From positions 2,603 through 66,602 of the IMG/VR virus record IMGVR_UViG_2791355306_000002: 64,000 nucleotides of DNA; one strand, written 5' to 3'. The position numbers and the translations under genes are program-made. Source of the stretch: a virus (lineage: Duplodnaviria > Caudoviricetes). Below, in pieces: positions 39,973 to 48,642 of the stretch (within the stretch, counting starts at the first letter, position 1; the number at the start of each line of letters is the position of its first letter). The notes beneath the pieces are model-generated. The model saw nothing but the letters and a program-made list of their open reading frames with translations, searched no databases and had not been told where the DNA came from.

Positions 39973-41856
39973 ATGGAAAAATATAGTAGAAGATCAGCAA
40001 AAGCTAAAATTAAAGCAATATGTGAATCACAGGATAAAAGTATCGAAGTTCTATCTAATAAAATATTAGAGTGGAAAGAAGAGTATTTAAAAGGTAACAT
40101 TGGTAAGCCTTACAAAACAAAAACTGATGTAGTAAATATGGTAACTGAAGATATAGCTGATGAGTTAGCCATATCTATACTATTTACTACAATCCTCTTA
40201 GGCAAGACTACATTTCAAAGCTACATAGGTCATGTAGCTTCTCAAATAAATTTAGAGATAGAAAGTTTTAGAAAAGCTCAACTTGCTGCTTGGGTATTAG
40301 CTTACTGTGATGGTGGAGCTTATAATATCATAGCTCCAGCAATTGGTTCTATGATGAATTATAGTGTAGAACCAAAGATATCTTTATCAATAGAAGATTC
40401 ACAAGAGTTAGCAAGATGTTTCTTCTTACCTCCTAGCAAGGATAAGTTAAATGATTGGACTAATCCATACAATGGTGGATATAGCTTTGAGAGAAGCTAT
40501 GCTATACTAGGTGATAGCTTTAACAAGCATGATTATCCAATAGATTTAAATACTCTAAATATCTTACAATCAGTTAAATATAAATTAACCAATAATGTTG
40601 ATACTCCTCAAAAACTTGATGAAGAAGCAAGTGATGATAGAGTAGTTCAATTTGCTTTAGCTGAGATACAGACTAGAAAGGTTCTAAAAGAGTATAGAGA
40701 TGATGAGTTCTCTTTTATGTGGAAATTCGATAAAAGAGGTAGAGTATATAGCTGTGGATATGATATAAATGTCCAAGGTGATAGTTATAGAAAAGCTTCT
40801 TTAGAATTTGCTAAAGAAGAGATAGTAAATGAGTCTGGTATGAGATGGTTAAAAATAGATATAGCCAATCATTATGGCTTAGATAAAGAGTTATGGGAAG
40901 ATAGAGTTAAGTTTGTAGATGAGAATGATTCTATCTTAGAAGCTTTAGCTGATAAGGCTGATGAACCACTACTATATATCCAAGCTGTTGAGGCTTACAG
41001 AAAAGCTCAAAGAGGATTACCAACTGGATATATAGTTAGACTCGATGCTACAGCCTCTGGTCCTCAAATAATGAATACTCTATTTAGAGATATTGAAGGT
41101 ATGAAATATCTAAATGTCCTTGGAGATGATACAAGATATGATTTATATACCTTAGTAGCAAAGATGATGTATGAAAATACCAAAGATTCTCAGATTTGGA
41201 GAGATTTAAATAATGACTTTGCTAAAGTAAGAAAAATCGTCAAAAAGCCAATTATGACAAGCTTTTATAACTCAACTTCTAAACCAAAAGAGATATTTGG
41301 TGAGAATACCATAGAGTTACAAGAGTTCTATAAAGCTTTAAAGAGATATTGTGAAGGAGCTTTAGCAGTACAAGATACTATTAATGCTTGTTGGAGTAAC
41401 TCTAAAGATGTAAATATCTGGACTTTACCAGATGGACATACAGCTTATTGTCCAGTAAGCAAAGTATTAGAGAGCAAAATAGAGATACCTGAAAAAGGTA
41501 TGAAGATTACTTATACTCATACAGTTCAAAAAGCTAACTTTGCTGAAAGTAGATCATTATGCCCAAATTTGGTACATAGTTTAGATGGTTATATTTGTAG
41601 AGAGATAGTTAAAAGATTACACTCTAAAGGTATAGAGGTATCTCCAATCCATGATAGTTTTGGAGTACATCCAAATAACTGTGATGAGCTTAGAAAAGTA
41701 TATAGAGAATTATTAGCTGAGATTTATGAAGAAGATACTCTGACAAATCTGTTAAAAGAGATTACAGGTAGTGATATCAATGTAGATATCCCAGCTGCTA
41801 ATGAAGACATAGCTCAAGCCATTAGAGATAATGTAAATGGCTATTACATCTGTTAA
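39973..41856 (+). CDS. T7-family single-subunit RNA polymerase (N4 RNAPII-like, one chain)
   Basis: DKRGRVY, LDATASGPQ, RKIVKKPIMTSFY, PNLVHSLD, IHDSF. Confidence 0.93.
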   Translation: MEKYSRRSAKAKIKAICESQDKSIEVLSNKILEWKEEYLKGNIGKPYKTKTDVVNMVTEDIADELAISILFTTILLGKTTFQSYIGHVASQINLEIESFRKAQLAAWVLAYCDGGAYNIIAPAIGSMMNYSVEPKISLSIEDSQELARCFFLPPSKDKLNDWTNPYNGGYSFERSYAILGDSFNKHDYPIDLNTLNILQSVKYKLTNNVDTPQKLDEEASDDRVVQFALAEIQTRKVLKEYRDDEFSFMWKFDKRGRVYSCGYDINVQGDSYRKASLEFAKEEIVNESGMRWLKIDIANHYGLDKELWEDRVKFVDENDSILEALADKADEPLLYIQAVEAYRKAQRGLPTGYIVRLDATASGPQIMNTLFRDIEGMKYLNVLGDDTRYDLYTLVAKMMYENTKDSQIWRDLNNDFAKVRKIVKKPIMTSFYNSTSKPKEIFGENTIELQEFYKALKRYCEGALAVQDTINACWSNSKDVNIWTLPDGHTAYCPVSKVLESKIEIPEKGMKITYTHTVQKANFAESRSLCPNLVHSLDGYICREIVKRLHSKGIEVSPIHDSFGVHPNNCDELRKVYRELLAEIYEEDTLTNLLKEITGSDINVDIPAANEDIAQAIRDNVNGYYIC

Positions 41857-41860
41857 ATAT

Positions 41861-41897
41861 AATGTAGGACACTCTTTGAGTGTTCTACATTTTTTTT
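41861..41897 (+). terminator. Intrinsic terminator after RNAP
   Basis: AATGTAGGACACTC-TTT-GAGTGTTCTACATT plus T run. Confidence 0.8.
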
Positions 41898-42000
41898 ATT
41901 TATTTTTTTCTGATGATGGAGAGTTTGTTTCTGATTTGGGGGGCATTCGCCCCCTTTTGTGATTGTTTTTAATTATAATTTAATAAAAAGCTAAGTTATA

Positions 42001-42330
42001 TGTTATAATACTTTTGCTATAGGTAATTATGCATTACTCGGTCTCTTTATTATATTATATTATATTAATAATACCTATAGCTTTTAAGTTAGGAGATTTT
42101 TTTTCTTTTACATGTTTTTCCTTAAATCTCCTAACTTAAGGGATATATTTATATTTGTTAGCTTTTAACAAATATGCCCTTACGCCTTCATAACTTGTCA
42201 TAAACTCCTATTGCATATTTTATTCCAATAATCTTTACCTAAGGAAGGCTAGGTAAGGATTATCTTTTTACTTGTGATTTTACTCGTTATTTAAACTAAG
42301 CAGCCATTTACTGCTTATATTTTAATACTA
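42001..42330 (+). ncRNA. Sigma70-driven multi-hairpin RNA/leader, one loop antisense to the RNAP TIR
   Basis: TGTTATAAT 42001-42009; stems at 42016-42081, 42084-42139, ~42151-42175, ~42228-42263, ~42297-42317. Confidence 0.55.
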
Positions 42331-42347
42331 CTTTTAAGGAGATATCT

Positions 42348-42617
42348 ATGTTAGATACAGAAAATAAAATATTTGTTGTCCTAGATTCAAAGGATCAATT
42401 TATTGGGACTTATAAATTAGGAGAGATAACAAGATTATATCTCAAAGATAGTTCTTTTAAAGAAAAGATTGATAACAAATCTTTTAAAGTATATGTTCAA
42501 GATGATGAGAAGTTCTTCGACTTACTTAAAAAAGGTTTAGGACTAAACAAAATGCTTGAGAAAATAGCAGCATTAAGTGAAACCCTTAGTTACCTAAGGG
42601 ATAAAAGACTTATTTAA
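42348..42617 (+). CDS. Hypothetical protein, paralog of 43088
   Basis: Shared FVVL..L.E.T..Y..F..DN..Y..D..K pattern. Confidence 0.7.
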   Translation: MLDTENKIFVVLDSKDQFIGTYKLGEITRLYLKDSSFKEKIDNKSFKVYVQDDEKFFDLLKKGLGLNKMLEKIAALSETLSYLRDKRLI

Positions 42618-42630
42618 CTAAAGGGCAGAT

Positions 42631-43062
42631 ATGGAAGATGATTACTGGGAATTTGGAACGAACAAATGGAGTAAAGAACATTTCTCTTACAAAGAAGCTT
42701 TAAAACATTCAAAAACATTAGAAAATTGTAAGTACTGTATCAATTGTTACAACTGCAAAGATTGTATAGCTTGTGAATCATGTGATGATTGTACTCAATG
42801 TAGTTGTTGTGATTGGTGTGATAAATGTACAAATTGCTATGCATGTAACTGGTGTGAATCATGTATAAATTGTGCTTACTGTGGCACTTGCTATGAGTGT
42901 AAAAAGTGTTTTGGCTGTGTAGATTGCTCACATTGTGATACATGTAAAGATTGTCAAGATGTAGATGACTATAAAAATCTAGAAGCTGTAGATGGAGATA
43001 TGACTCTCCTCATTGAGTATTTTGGATCTGAAATAGAAAAAGAGATAACTCAATTCGATTAA
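42631..43062 (+). CDS. (Cxx)n cysteine-repeat protein, copy 2
   Basis: NKWSK..SYKEALKHSKTLENC then Cxx repeats. Confidence 0.85.
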   Translation: MEDDYWEFGTNKWSKEHFSYKEALKHSKTLENCKYCINCYNCKDCIACESCDDCTQCSCCDWCDKCTNCYACNWCESCINCAYCGTCYECKKCFGCVDCSHCDTCKDCQDVDDYKNLEAVDGDMTLLIEYFGSEIEKEITQFD

Positions 43063-43087
43063 AAATTTAATACATTAAGGAGCTAAG

Positions 43088-43318
43088 ATGAAAGATTTTG
43101 TTGTTTTACAAAAAACATCAGAAAAAACAGACATATTTCTTTTTCTGAATTTAAAAGAACTAACAGAAATGTATTATGAAAATAAATTCTTTAGAAGAGA
43201 TGTTGATAATGGAAGACTTATTATCTATATGAGAGACCCTAAGAAAATTCAAGGTATGTTACATTCTCAACATAACTTAGACATAATCTCAGATAAACTC
43301 ATGGAGCTAATCCAATGA
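43088..43318 (+). CDS. Hypothetical protein, paralog of 42348
   Basis: Same pattern as 42348. Confidence 0.7.
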   Translation: MKDFVVLQKTSEKTDIFLFLNLKELTEMYYENKFFRRDVDNGRLIIYMRDPKKIQGMLHSQHNLDIISDKLMELIQ

Positions 43319-43686
43319 GAGTAGAAGATTATTACCTTATAGATGGTAATTACTTTTCAAAATGGAAATACACTTATGAAGATGCCTTGGAAATGTCTGA
43401 AACTCTAATTAACTGTAAAGAGTGTATAGATTGTCAAGACTGCATAGATTGTGAGTATTGTATAGGTTGTACAGACTGTAGAGAATGCCAAAGATGTGAA
43501 TGGTGTAGTAATTGCATCAATTGTACAGATTGTATGTATTGTTATGAATGTTACAAATTAGAGGGGAGTCTTATTTGTACGAAATGTAAATATTCTAAAA
43601 ATCTTTTTCAATGTTATAAGTGTGAGGATTGCTATGACTGTGGAAAAATTTTTAATTGCGAAAGACAAGAGAAGTTGCATGGATAA
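43315..43686 (+). CDS. (Cxx)n cysteine-repeat protein, copy 3
   Basis: DGNYFSK..TYEDAL..SETLINC then Cxx repeats. Confidence 0.85.
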   Translation: MRVEDYYLIDGNYFSKWKYTYEDALEMSETLINCKECIDCQDCIDCEYCIGCTDCRECQRCEWCSNCINCTDCMYCYECYKLEGSLICTKCKYSKNLFQCYKCEDCYDCGKIFNCERQEKLHG

Positions 43687-43695
43687 GGACCTAAA

Positions 43696-44634
43696 ATGAA
43701 ATCTTTCTTTTATATACCTAGATCCAAATACTATTTCATAGATGGTAACTATTTTTCTAAAAAGAAACATACATACAAACAAGCTGTTAAAGCTTCTAAG
43801 ACCTTGATAAATTGTACAGGGTGTATTGATTGCTATAAATGTACTGACTGTTCATGGTGTGAGAAGTGTAGAGAATGTACATATTGTTATATGTTATTTA
43901 ACTGTGAGAAATGTGTTAGTTGTTCATTTTGTCAAGAGTGTAGTAAATGTATAGAACTAAACTTCTCATATAACTGTAATAACTGTTTTTTCTGTAATCA
44001 TATAGAAATATGTAATGAGTGTATGTATCTAAGTTATAAACATAATCATGGCTTTAATAATTTAAATAAGGAGTGTTCGATGGAACAAATATTTTTAAAT
44101 TTAAAAGAGTGGAGAAGAGAGAGAAATATATCTTCTCAAATGCAAAGGGATAACTTTATAACTCTAATTCAAGAAGAGTTAAGAGAGTATTATGAAGCTA
44201 AAAATGTTGAAGAACAGATAGATGCTCTATCTGATATGGCAGTAGTTGCTATAAATTGTAGCAAATCATCTGCTCCAATATTTTTCCCAGGAGGTTACAA
44301 AGATATTGTAACTAACGATAAAGTATCATTTGGTGTAGCCATAGATAAGATAAAAGAGTTAGACTTTGATGATTCTGAAATAATGAAATTTTTAATCCTA
44401 ATAGCTAACAAGATAGAAGAGCTAGGTTATGATTTTATTCTATGCCTTCACGAGACAGTAAAAGAAATCTCATCAAGAACAGGACATTGGGATAAAGAAA
44501 AAGGTAAGTGGATTAAAAACACTTCAGAAGAAGCTAAAAAGATGTGGTACAAAGCAAACTACAAAAAATGTAGGATAATCGAAAAAGGCTGGGATGAATA
44601 TACTACAATAACTCGTTATAAAGGAGAAATATGA
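43696..44634 (+). CDS. Cysteine-repeat domain (copy 4) in frame with a MazG-like NTP pyrophosphohydrolase domain
   Basis: QEELREY..EQIDALSDMAVV, ETVKEISSRTG; internal AAGGAG plus ATG at 44080. Confidence 0.7.
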   Translation: MKSFFYIPRSKYYFIDGNYFSKKKHTYKQAVKASKTLINCTGCIDCYKCTDCSWCEKCRECTYCYMLFNCEKCVSCSFCQECSKCIELNFSYNCNNCFFCNHIEICNECMYLSYKHNHGFNNLNKECSMEQIFLNLKEWRRERNISSQMQRDNFITLIQEELREYYEAKNVEEQIDALSDMAVVAINCSKSSAPIFFPGGYKDIVTNDKVSFGVAIDKIKELDFDDSEIMKFLILIANKIEELGYDFILCLHETVKEISSRTGHWDKEKGKWIKNTSEEAKKMWYKANYKKCRIIEKGWDEYTTITRYKGEI

Positions 44635-45239
44635 AAGTAAAACTATTAAATGTTACACCTTTAAAGATAGCTATTAAAGCTATTAGAAGGTGTTATGATA
44701 GCTGTGGTGATGATCTAGGTAACAAAGATTTAAAATTACTAAAATCTATCATTAAAAATGGACATACATCTACAATAGAACATATTGTTTTTACCTTCGA
44801 TATTAAAGGTATCAGTAGAGCAGCCTTACAAGAGTTAGCTAGACATCGTATAGCTAGTTTAAGTGTTGAATCAACTAGATACACTCTTAAAAAGTTAAAA
44901 AATATAGATACAAGAGAATTTAAGTATGAAGACTACTTAGTTGAAACTGGTAACCCTATAGTTGATGTCTTTAATAGAGTTGGTTTAGATCGTACTATAT
45001 CTTGTTTAAACGAGAATATTAAAAATGATCTAACTAAATATACTCTACCAGAGAGCTACAAGACTAGCTTGATATGGACTATTAATGCTAGAAGTCTTAG
45101 AAACTTCTTAGAATTAAGAAGTAGTTCTAAAGCTCTATGGGAGCTAAGAGAGTTATCTAACGAGATAATAAACTCTTTACCTGAAGAGTATCTAATACTC
45201 TTTAAAGATATTATAAAGGAAGAAAGTAATGGGATATAG
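44631..45239 (+). CDS. thyX: FAD-dependent thymidylate synthase
   Basis: GHTSTIEH, ELARHRIASLSVESTRY, NARSLRNFLELR. Confidence 0.95.
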   Translation: MKVKLLNVTPLKIAIKAIRRCYDSCGDDLGNKDLKLLKSIIKNGHTSTIEHIVFTFDIKGISRAALQELARHRIASLSVESTRYTLKKLKNIDTREFKYEDYLVETGNPIVDVFNRVGLDRTISCLNENIKNDLTKYTLPESYKTSLIWTINARSLRNFLELRSSSKALWELRELSNEIINSLPEEYLILFKDIIKEESNGI

Positions 45240-45552
45240 ACCTCACCTTATAGAGACTTATATAGTTGAATATGGAAAAGTTTTAAACTGTGAAAATTGG
45301 GATACACAAGATTTCATAGATTTCTTATATGTAGCTGAAATAGAAGCTTGTCATAACTCTTTTGAAGATACTGATAAAGTCTATATAAATATAAATAATT
45401 TACTTTCTATCCCACTAGAAAAGAGAATAAAAAAGTTTAAAAAAGCTTATTCAAAAGCTAACCTTGAACTATCTTTAGAAGAGTATATAGAAAATATCGA
45501 AGATTTATATGAAGCTACTCAGTTCCCTGATGTTAAAAAAGGGAAGAAATAA
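45229..45552 (+). CDS. Hypothetical protein
   Basis: ORF overlapping the thyX stop. Confidence 0.6.
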   Translation: MGYRPHLIETYIVEYGKVLNCENWDTQDFIDFLYVAEIEACHNSFEDTDKVYININNLLSIPLEKRIKKFKKAYSKANLELSLEEYIENIEDLYEATQFPDVKKGKK

Positions 45553-45574
45553 TTATAGAGTGGTTTTAATTGCT

Positions 45575-45607
45575 AAAACCAAGACAGATCTGGTATATCT
45601 GTCTTGG
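45575..45607 (-). terminator. Hairpin ending the minus-strand peptide transcript
   Basis: CCAAGACAGAT/ATCTGTCTTGG 11-bp stem followed by TTTT on the minus strand. Confidence 0.6.
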
Positions 45608-45624
45608 AACAAGTAAATCGACAA

Positions 45625-45711
45625 TTATTTTTTAAGGAGTTCTTTTAGCTCTTCTTTAAAAAAGCTAATTATCCCAATAATAATTGTAACGGATAAAGTA
45701 AGTAAATCCAT
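45625..45711 (-). CDS. 28-aa type I toxin-like peptide (MDLLTLSVTIIIGIISFFKEELKELLKK)
   Basis: AGGTGG SD 5 nt before ATG; TM helix plus charged tail. Confidence 0.7.
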   Translation of the reverse strand: MDLLTLSVTIIIGIISFFKEELKELLKK

Positions 45712-45760
45712 TGTGGCCACCTAGTAGTAAAATCCTCCCTACACACCCAACTAAATATCC

Positions 45761-45840
45761 AAAAAAAAAGCCCGAACCCCAAAGAGTTCAGGCTTTATAC
45801 TACTAGGTTACTTGTTTTTACGGAGATACCAGCATCCGTA
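45761..45840 (-). ncRNA. ~80-nt sRNA/leader complementary to the SD region of the 28-aa peptide gene
   Basis: TATAAT 45846-45851 (minus), 5' hairpin, unpaired centre, terminator with G-U pairs and U9 tail. Confidence 0.65.
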
Positions 45841-45916
45841 GGGAGATTATATCTAATATTATATAAATTTATTTTTAAACATTATTACTAGATTTAAAAA
45901 TATAAAAAGGAGGAAA

Positions 45917-46117
45917 ATGTATAAATGTAATTGTTGTGAAAGTCTAATACCATTTACATACAGCAGTTGTCCTGTATGTGGTAATACTCTTTCACCAAAT
46001 TCTTTACACAAAGTAAAGAAAAAGATAAAAAAAGAAGAACAAGAAGAACTATCTCAAGATGACTCTAACCTAGTTGTAACATCTGATTTAGCATTAGAAG
46101 ATTTTAATTTAAATTAG
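45917..46117 (+). CDS. Small zinc-ribbon protein
   Basis: CxxC..CPVCG, AAGGAGG SD. Confidence 0.7.
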   Translation: MYKCNCCESLIPFTYSSCPVCGNTLSPNSLHKVKKKIKKEEQEELSQDDSNLVVTSDLALEDFNLN

Positions 46118-46164
46118 TTTTTAATCTCCTTATGGGGATTATTTTTTTTTTTAAAGGAATTTTA

Positions 46165-47097
46165 ATGATAATCCAAAGCTATAACTACAAAAATGTAGGA
46201 ATAACATATTTTCATAGTGACTGGTTACAAAAGATATCTAAGATGATGAGAGAGAATATCCCTGTAGATACTAAGATACCTAGCCATGGAGTACAAAGAG
46301 TTGGTAAAGAGTTTCAAAGAGAACTCTTTATGGAGTCTTATGAATACCAATTACACTTTTGGGCAATATCTTTTAGACAGATTCTTAGTGATTCTTATCT
46401 AGACCATATATTCCCTGTCCTATTCTATAATTACCCTATAGAAGCAGGTAGCAATTATGTCTTAGCAGAAGCTAAAGATATTGAAGATATGAGTAATAAA
46501 ACTCTAGATGCAGCTCAATGGAAAGCTGGTAAGTTAATAGAGGAACTACAATTAAACAAGGGTATAATTCTAAGTGATTATCAAATCAAATTAATACCTA
46601 TGTGTTCTATGCATAGACACCCCTACTCTTATAAAGGAGTAGATATGATACACACTATAGAAGGAGTACCTACTGGATTCTTAAAGGATAAATTCTCAGC
46701 AGAGGATAAAAGAAAAGGTCCTAATACAACAGGAATTGTATATCCTATTAAAGAACCTGCCATACCAGAACAACCTAGCTACTCTTGTATAATCAAAGAA
46801 GATTTTCAAGATAATAAAGAGGTTGCTTATATAGCTTGTGGAGAGTATAATCTAGTATCTAAAAAAGGTGATGATGTAGAGTATAGTTTAGAAAACTCTT
46901 ATACAGTTGTACTTAGAGATGATACAGATATTACTGATATCACATCAGCTATGAAACTTTGTGGTATAAAATCTAAAAAGAAAACCTATATAGTCTCTGA
47001 TAGAAAAGAGCTACATAAAAGAATGTTAATGGTAGATTCTTTATCTTTTACTCCTAAGTTTAATATAGATAGTAGGCTTACAAAGGTTAAGCTATGA
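46165..47097 (+). CDS. Hypothetical protein, possible JAB/MPN metallopeptidase fold
   Basis: YEYQ..SMHRHP..FSAED; start moved to the ATG at 46165 after AAAGGA. Confidence 0.45.
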   Translation: MIIQSYNYKNVGITYFHSDWLQKISKMMRENIPVDTKIPSHGVQRVGKEFQRELFMESYEYQLHFWAISFRQILSDSYLDHIFPVLFYNYPIEAGSNYVLAEAKDIEDMSNKTLDAAQWKAGKLIEELQLNKGIILSDYQIKLIPMCSMHRHPYSYKGVDMIHTIEGVPTGFLKDKFSAEDKRKGPNTTGIVYPIKEPAIPEQPSYSCIIKEDFQDNKEVAYIACGEYNLVSKKGDDVEYSLENSYTVVLRDDTDITDITSAMKLCGIKSKKKTYIVSDRKELHKRMLMVDSLSFTPKFNIDSRLTKVKL

Positions 47098-48119
47098 GAT
47101 ATAAACAGTGTGTAATAGATATAGAAACACCAATGTTTAAATCCTTACTATCAGAGATACAAAAGATATATTGTATATCTGTTAAAGTAGATGATGAACC
47201 TACTAAATGTTTTACATATCTATACCATAAAGATAGTGATGGAAACCTAGAAGCAGCATTAAGGTTAATTAATAGTTGTGAGTATGTAATAGGTCATAAC
47301 ATTATTAAATTTGATATACCTGTTATAGAAAATATAGTAGGCAAGGTTTTACCAAAAAGAGTTGATACATTAATTGATTCTAAACTAATGTATCCAAATG
47401 AAGTCTTAATAGCTATGGATAGATTAGTTAAAAACTATCCTCCAAATTTGCTTGGAAGTTATAGCTTAAAAGCCTTTGGTTATAGATTAGGTTTTAATAA
47501 GATTGAGTATGAAGATTTTACTAATCTCAATAGCGATATGATTGAATATTGTAAAAGAGATGTGGATCTAACATATGCAGTCTATAATAGACTAATTAGC
47601 AAAGATAACTATCCTAATGAGAATGTAAGAGAAGTAGAGTATCACTTTGCTAAATGTATTAGTGATCAACAAGAGTATGGATTTTACTTTGATTATGATA
47701 GAGCTATAAACTATGCCACTAGTTTAAAGATTAATAAACTAAGAATAGAACATAAGTTTAAAATGTTATTCAAACCTATCTTAATAAAAGATGGTGATGT
47801 AATTACTCCATCTAGAGAGACTAGAAGAAAGCTCTATATACCTACTAGGTTAGATCCTTTTAGAAATATTAGAGCTAAGAAGTATCAATTACAAATTGAT
47901 AAAAAAGGTAAATGGAAATTTCCTAAGAAATCTACTAAATGGTTTGATAAACCTCACAAGCTTACATATCAGATAACTAGTGGTCCATATCAAAAGATTA
48001 AATTACAAACCTTTAACCCTGGTAGTAGATCTCAAGTTATAGATAGAATTGTAAAAGAGTATGGTTGGAAACCTACTAACTATACTGAAAAAGGAGCTGC
48101 AAAGCTTGAATTTGAATAA
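47094..48119 (+). CDS. Family A DNA polymerase, N-terminal part (3'-5' exonuclease and thumb)
   Basis: IDIET, GHNIIKFD, SLKAFGYRLG, YCKRDV, FNPGSR..GWKPT.YTEKG. Confidence 0.92.
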   Translation: MRYKQCVIDIETPMFKSLLSEIQKIYCISVKVDDEPTKCFTYLYHKDSDGNLEAALRLINSCEYVIGHNIIKFDIPVIENIVGKVLPKRVDTLIDSKLMYPNEVLIAMDRLVKNYPPNLLGSYSLKAFGYRLGFNKIEYEDFTNLNSDMIEYCKRDVDLTYAVYNRLISKDNYPNENVREVEYHFAKCISDQQEYGFYFDYDRAINYATSLKINKLRIEHKFKMLFKPILIKDGDVITPSRETRRKLYIPTRLDPFRNIRAKKYQLQIDKKGKWKFPKKSTKWFDKPHKLTYQITSGPYQKIKLQTFNPGSRSQVIDRIVKEYGWKPTNYTEKGAAKLEFE

Positions 48120-48129
48120 GGAGTAACAG

Positions 48130-48642
48130 ATGAAATATATGTATGAACTAGATTACAACGATCTTGATATTGATAAAGAAAAGTTCATGGCTAACTTAGA
48201 AGAGCTTCATTATAAAGAGCCTAGAAATTATTACTACTCACTAGAAGCAATCTTTAAAAGATTAGGTGATCTAGATGATGGAGAGAATATAGCAAGTATC
48301 CTTGATGAGTGTAAGCTAATCTATGAAAATGGTATTGAGTGTGGATATGGTAAGTTTGTATTTTTTAGTGATACAAAACAGTTCTTTTGTGAGAATAAAG
48401 AGGTTATATTAGAGTATCTAGATTATATAGCAGATGGTATTTCAGATACAGAAGGTTACTCACTAGTGGATTTTATATGTGAGTATAAGGAAGGTAAAAA
48501 GTACTTAGAAGATTTTATCTATGATCCAGAAGAAAATTGTGGTAGCTTATATAATCTACTTGTTTGGATATATGTTCAATTTATGATTGACTCTTTAATG
48601 GAAGAAGACTCTGAAGAATTACTTAAAGGAGCTATAAAATGA
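48130..48642 (+). CDS. Highly acidic protein, paralog of 48639
   Basis: DIDKEKF, NGIECGYGKFVFFSDT, LYNLLVWIYVQ. Confidence 0.75.
   Translation: MKYMYELDYNDLDIDKEKFMANLEELHYKEPRNYYYSLEAIFKRLGDLDDGENIASILDECKLIYENGIECGYGKFVFFSDTKQFFCENKEVILEYLDYIADGISDTEGYSLVDFICEYKEGKKYLEDFIYDPEENCGSLYNLLVWIYVQFMIDSLMEEDSEELLKGAIK

Noticed and set aside
41938-41958. GGGGGC-ATTC-GCCCCC hairpin as an N4 vRNAP promoter
   Set aside because: Four-nt loop and T tail fit a terminator equally well; no second copy found
43315-43840. Cys-repeat paralogs as a DGR template/variable pair
   Set aside because: Differences are not adenine-specific and no reverse transcriptase is present in the window
45530-45570. Programmed -1 frameshift extending gene 45229 to end in EEIIIEWF
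   Set aside because: The A6G3 run is not in the X-XXY-YYZ phase; a single-base indel or sequencing error is equally likely
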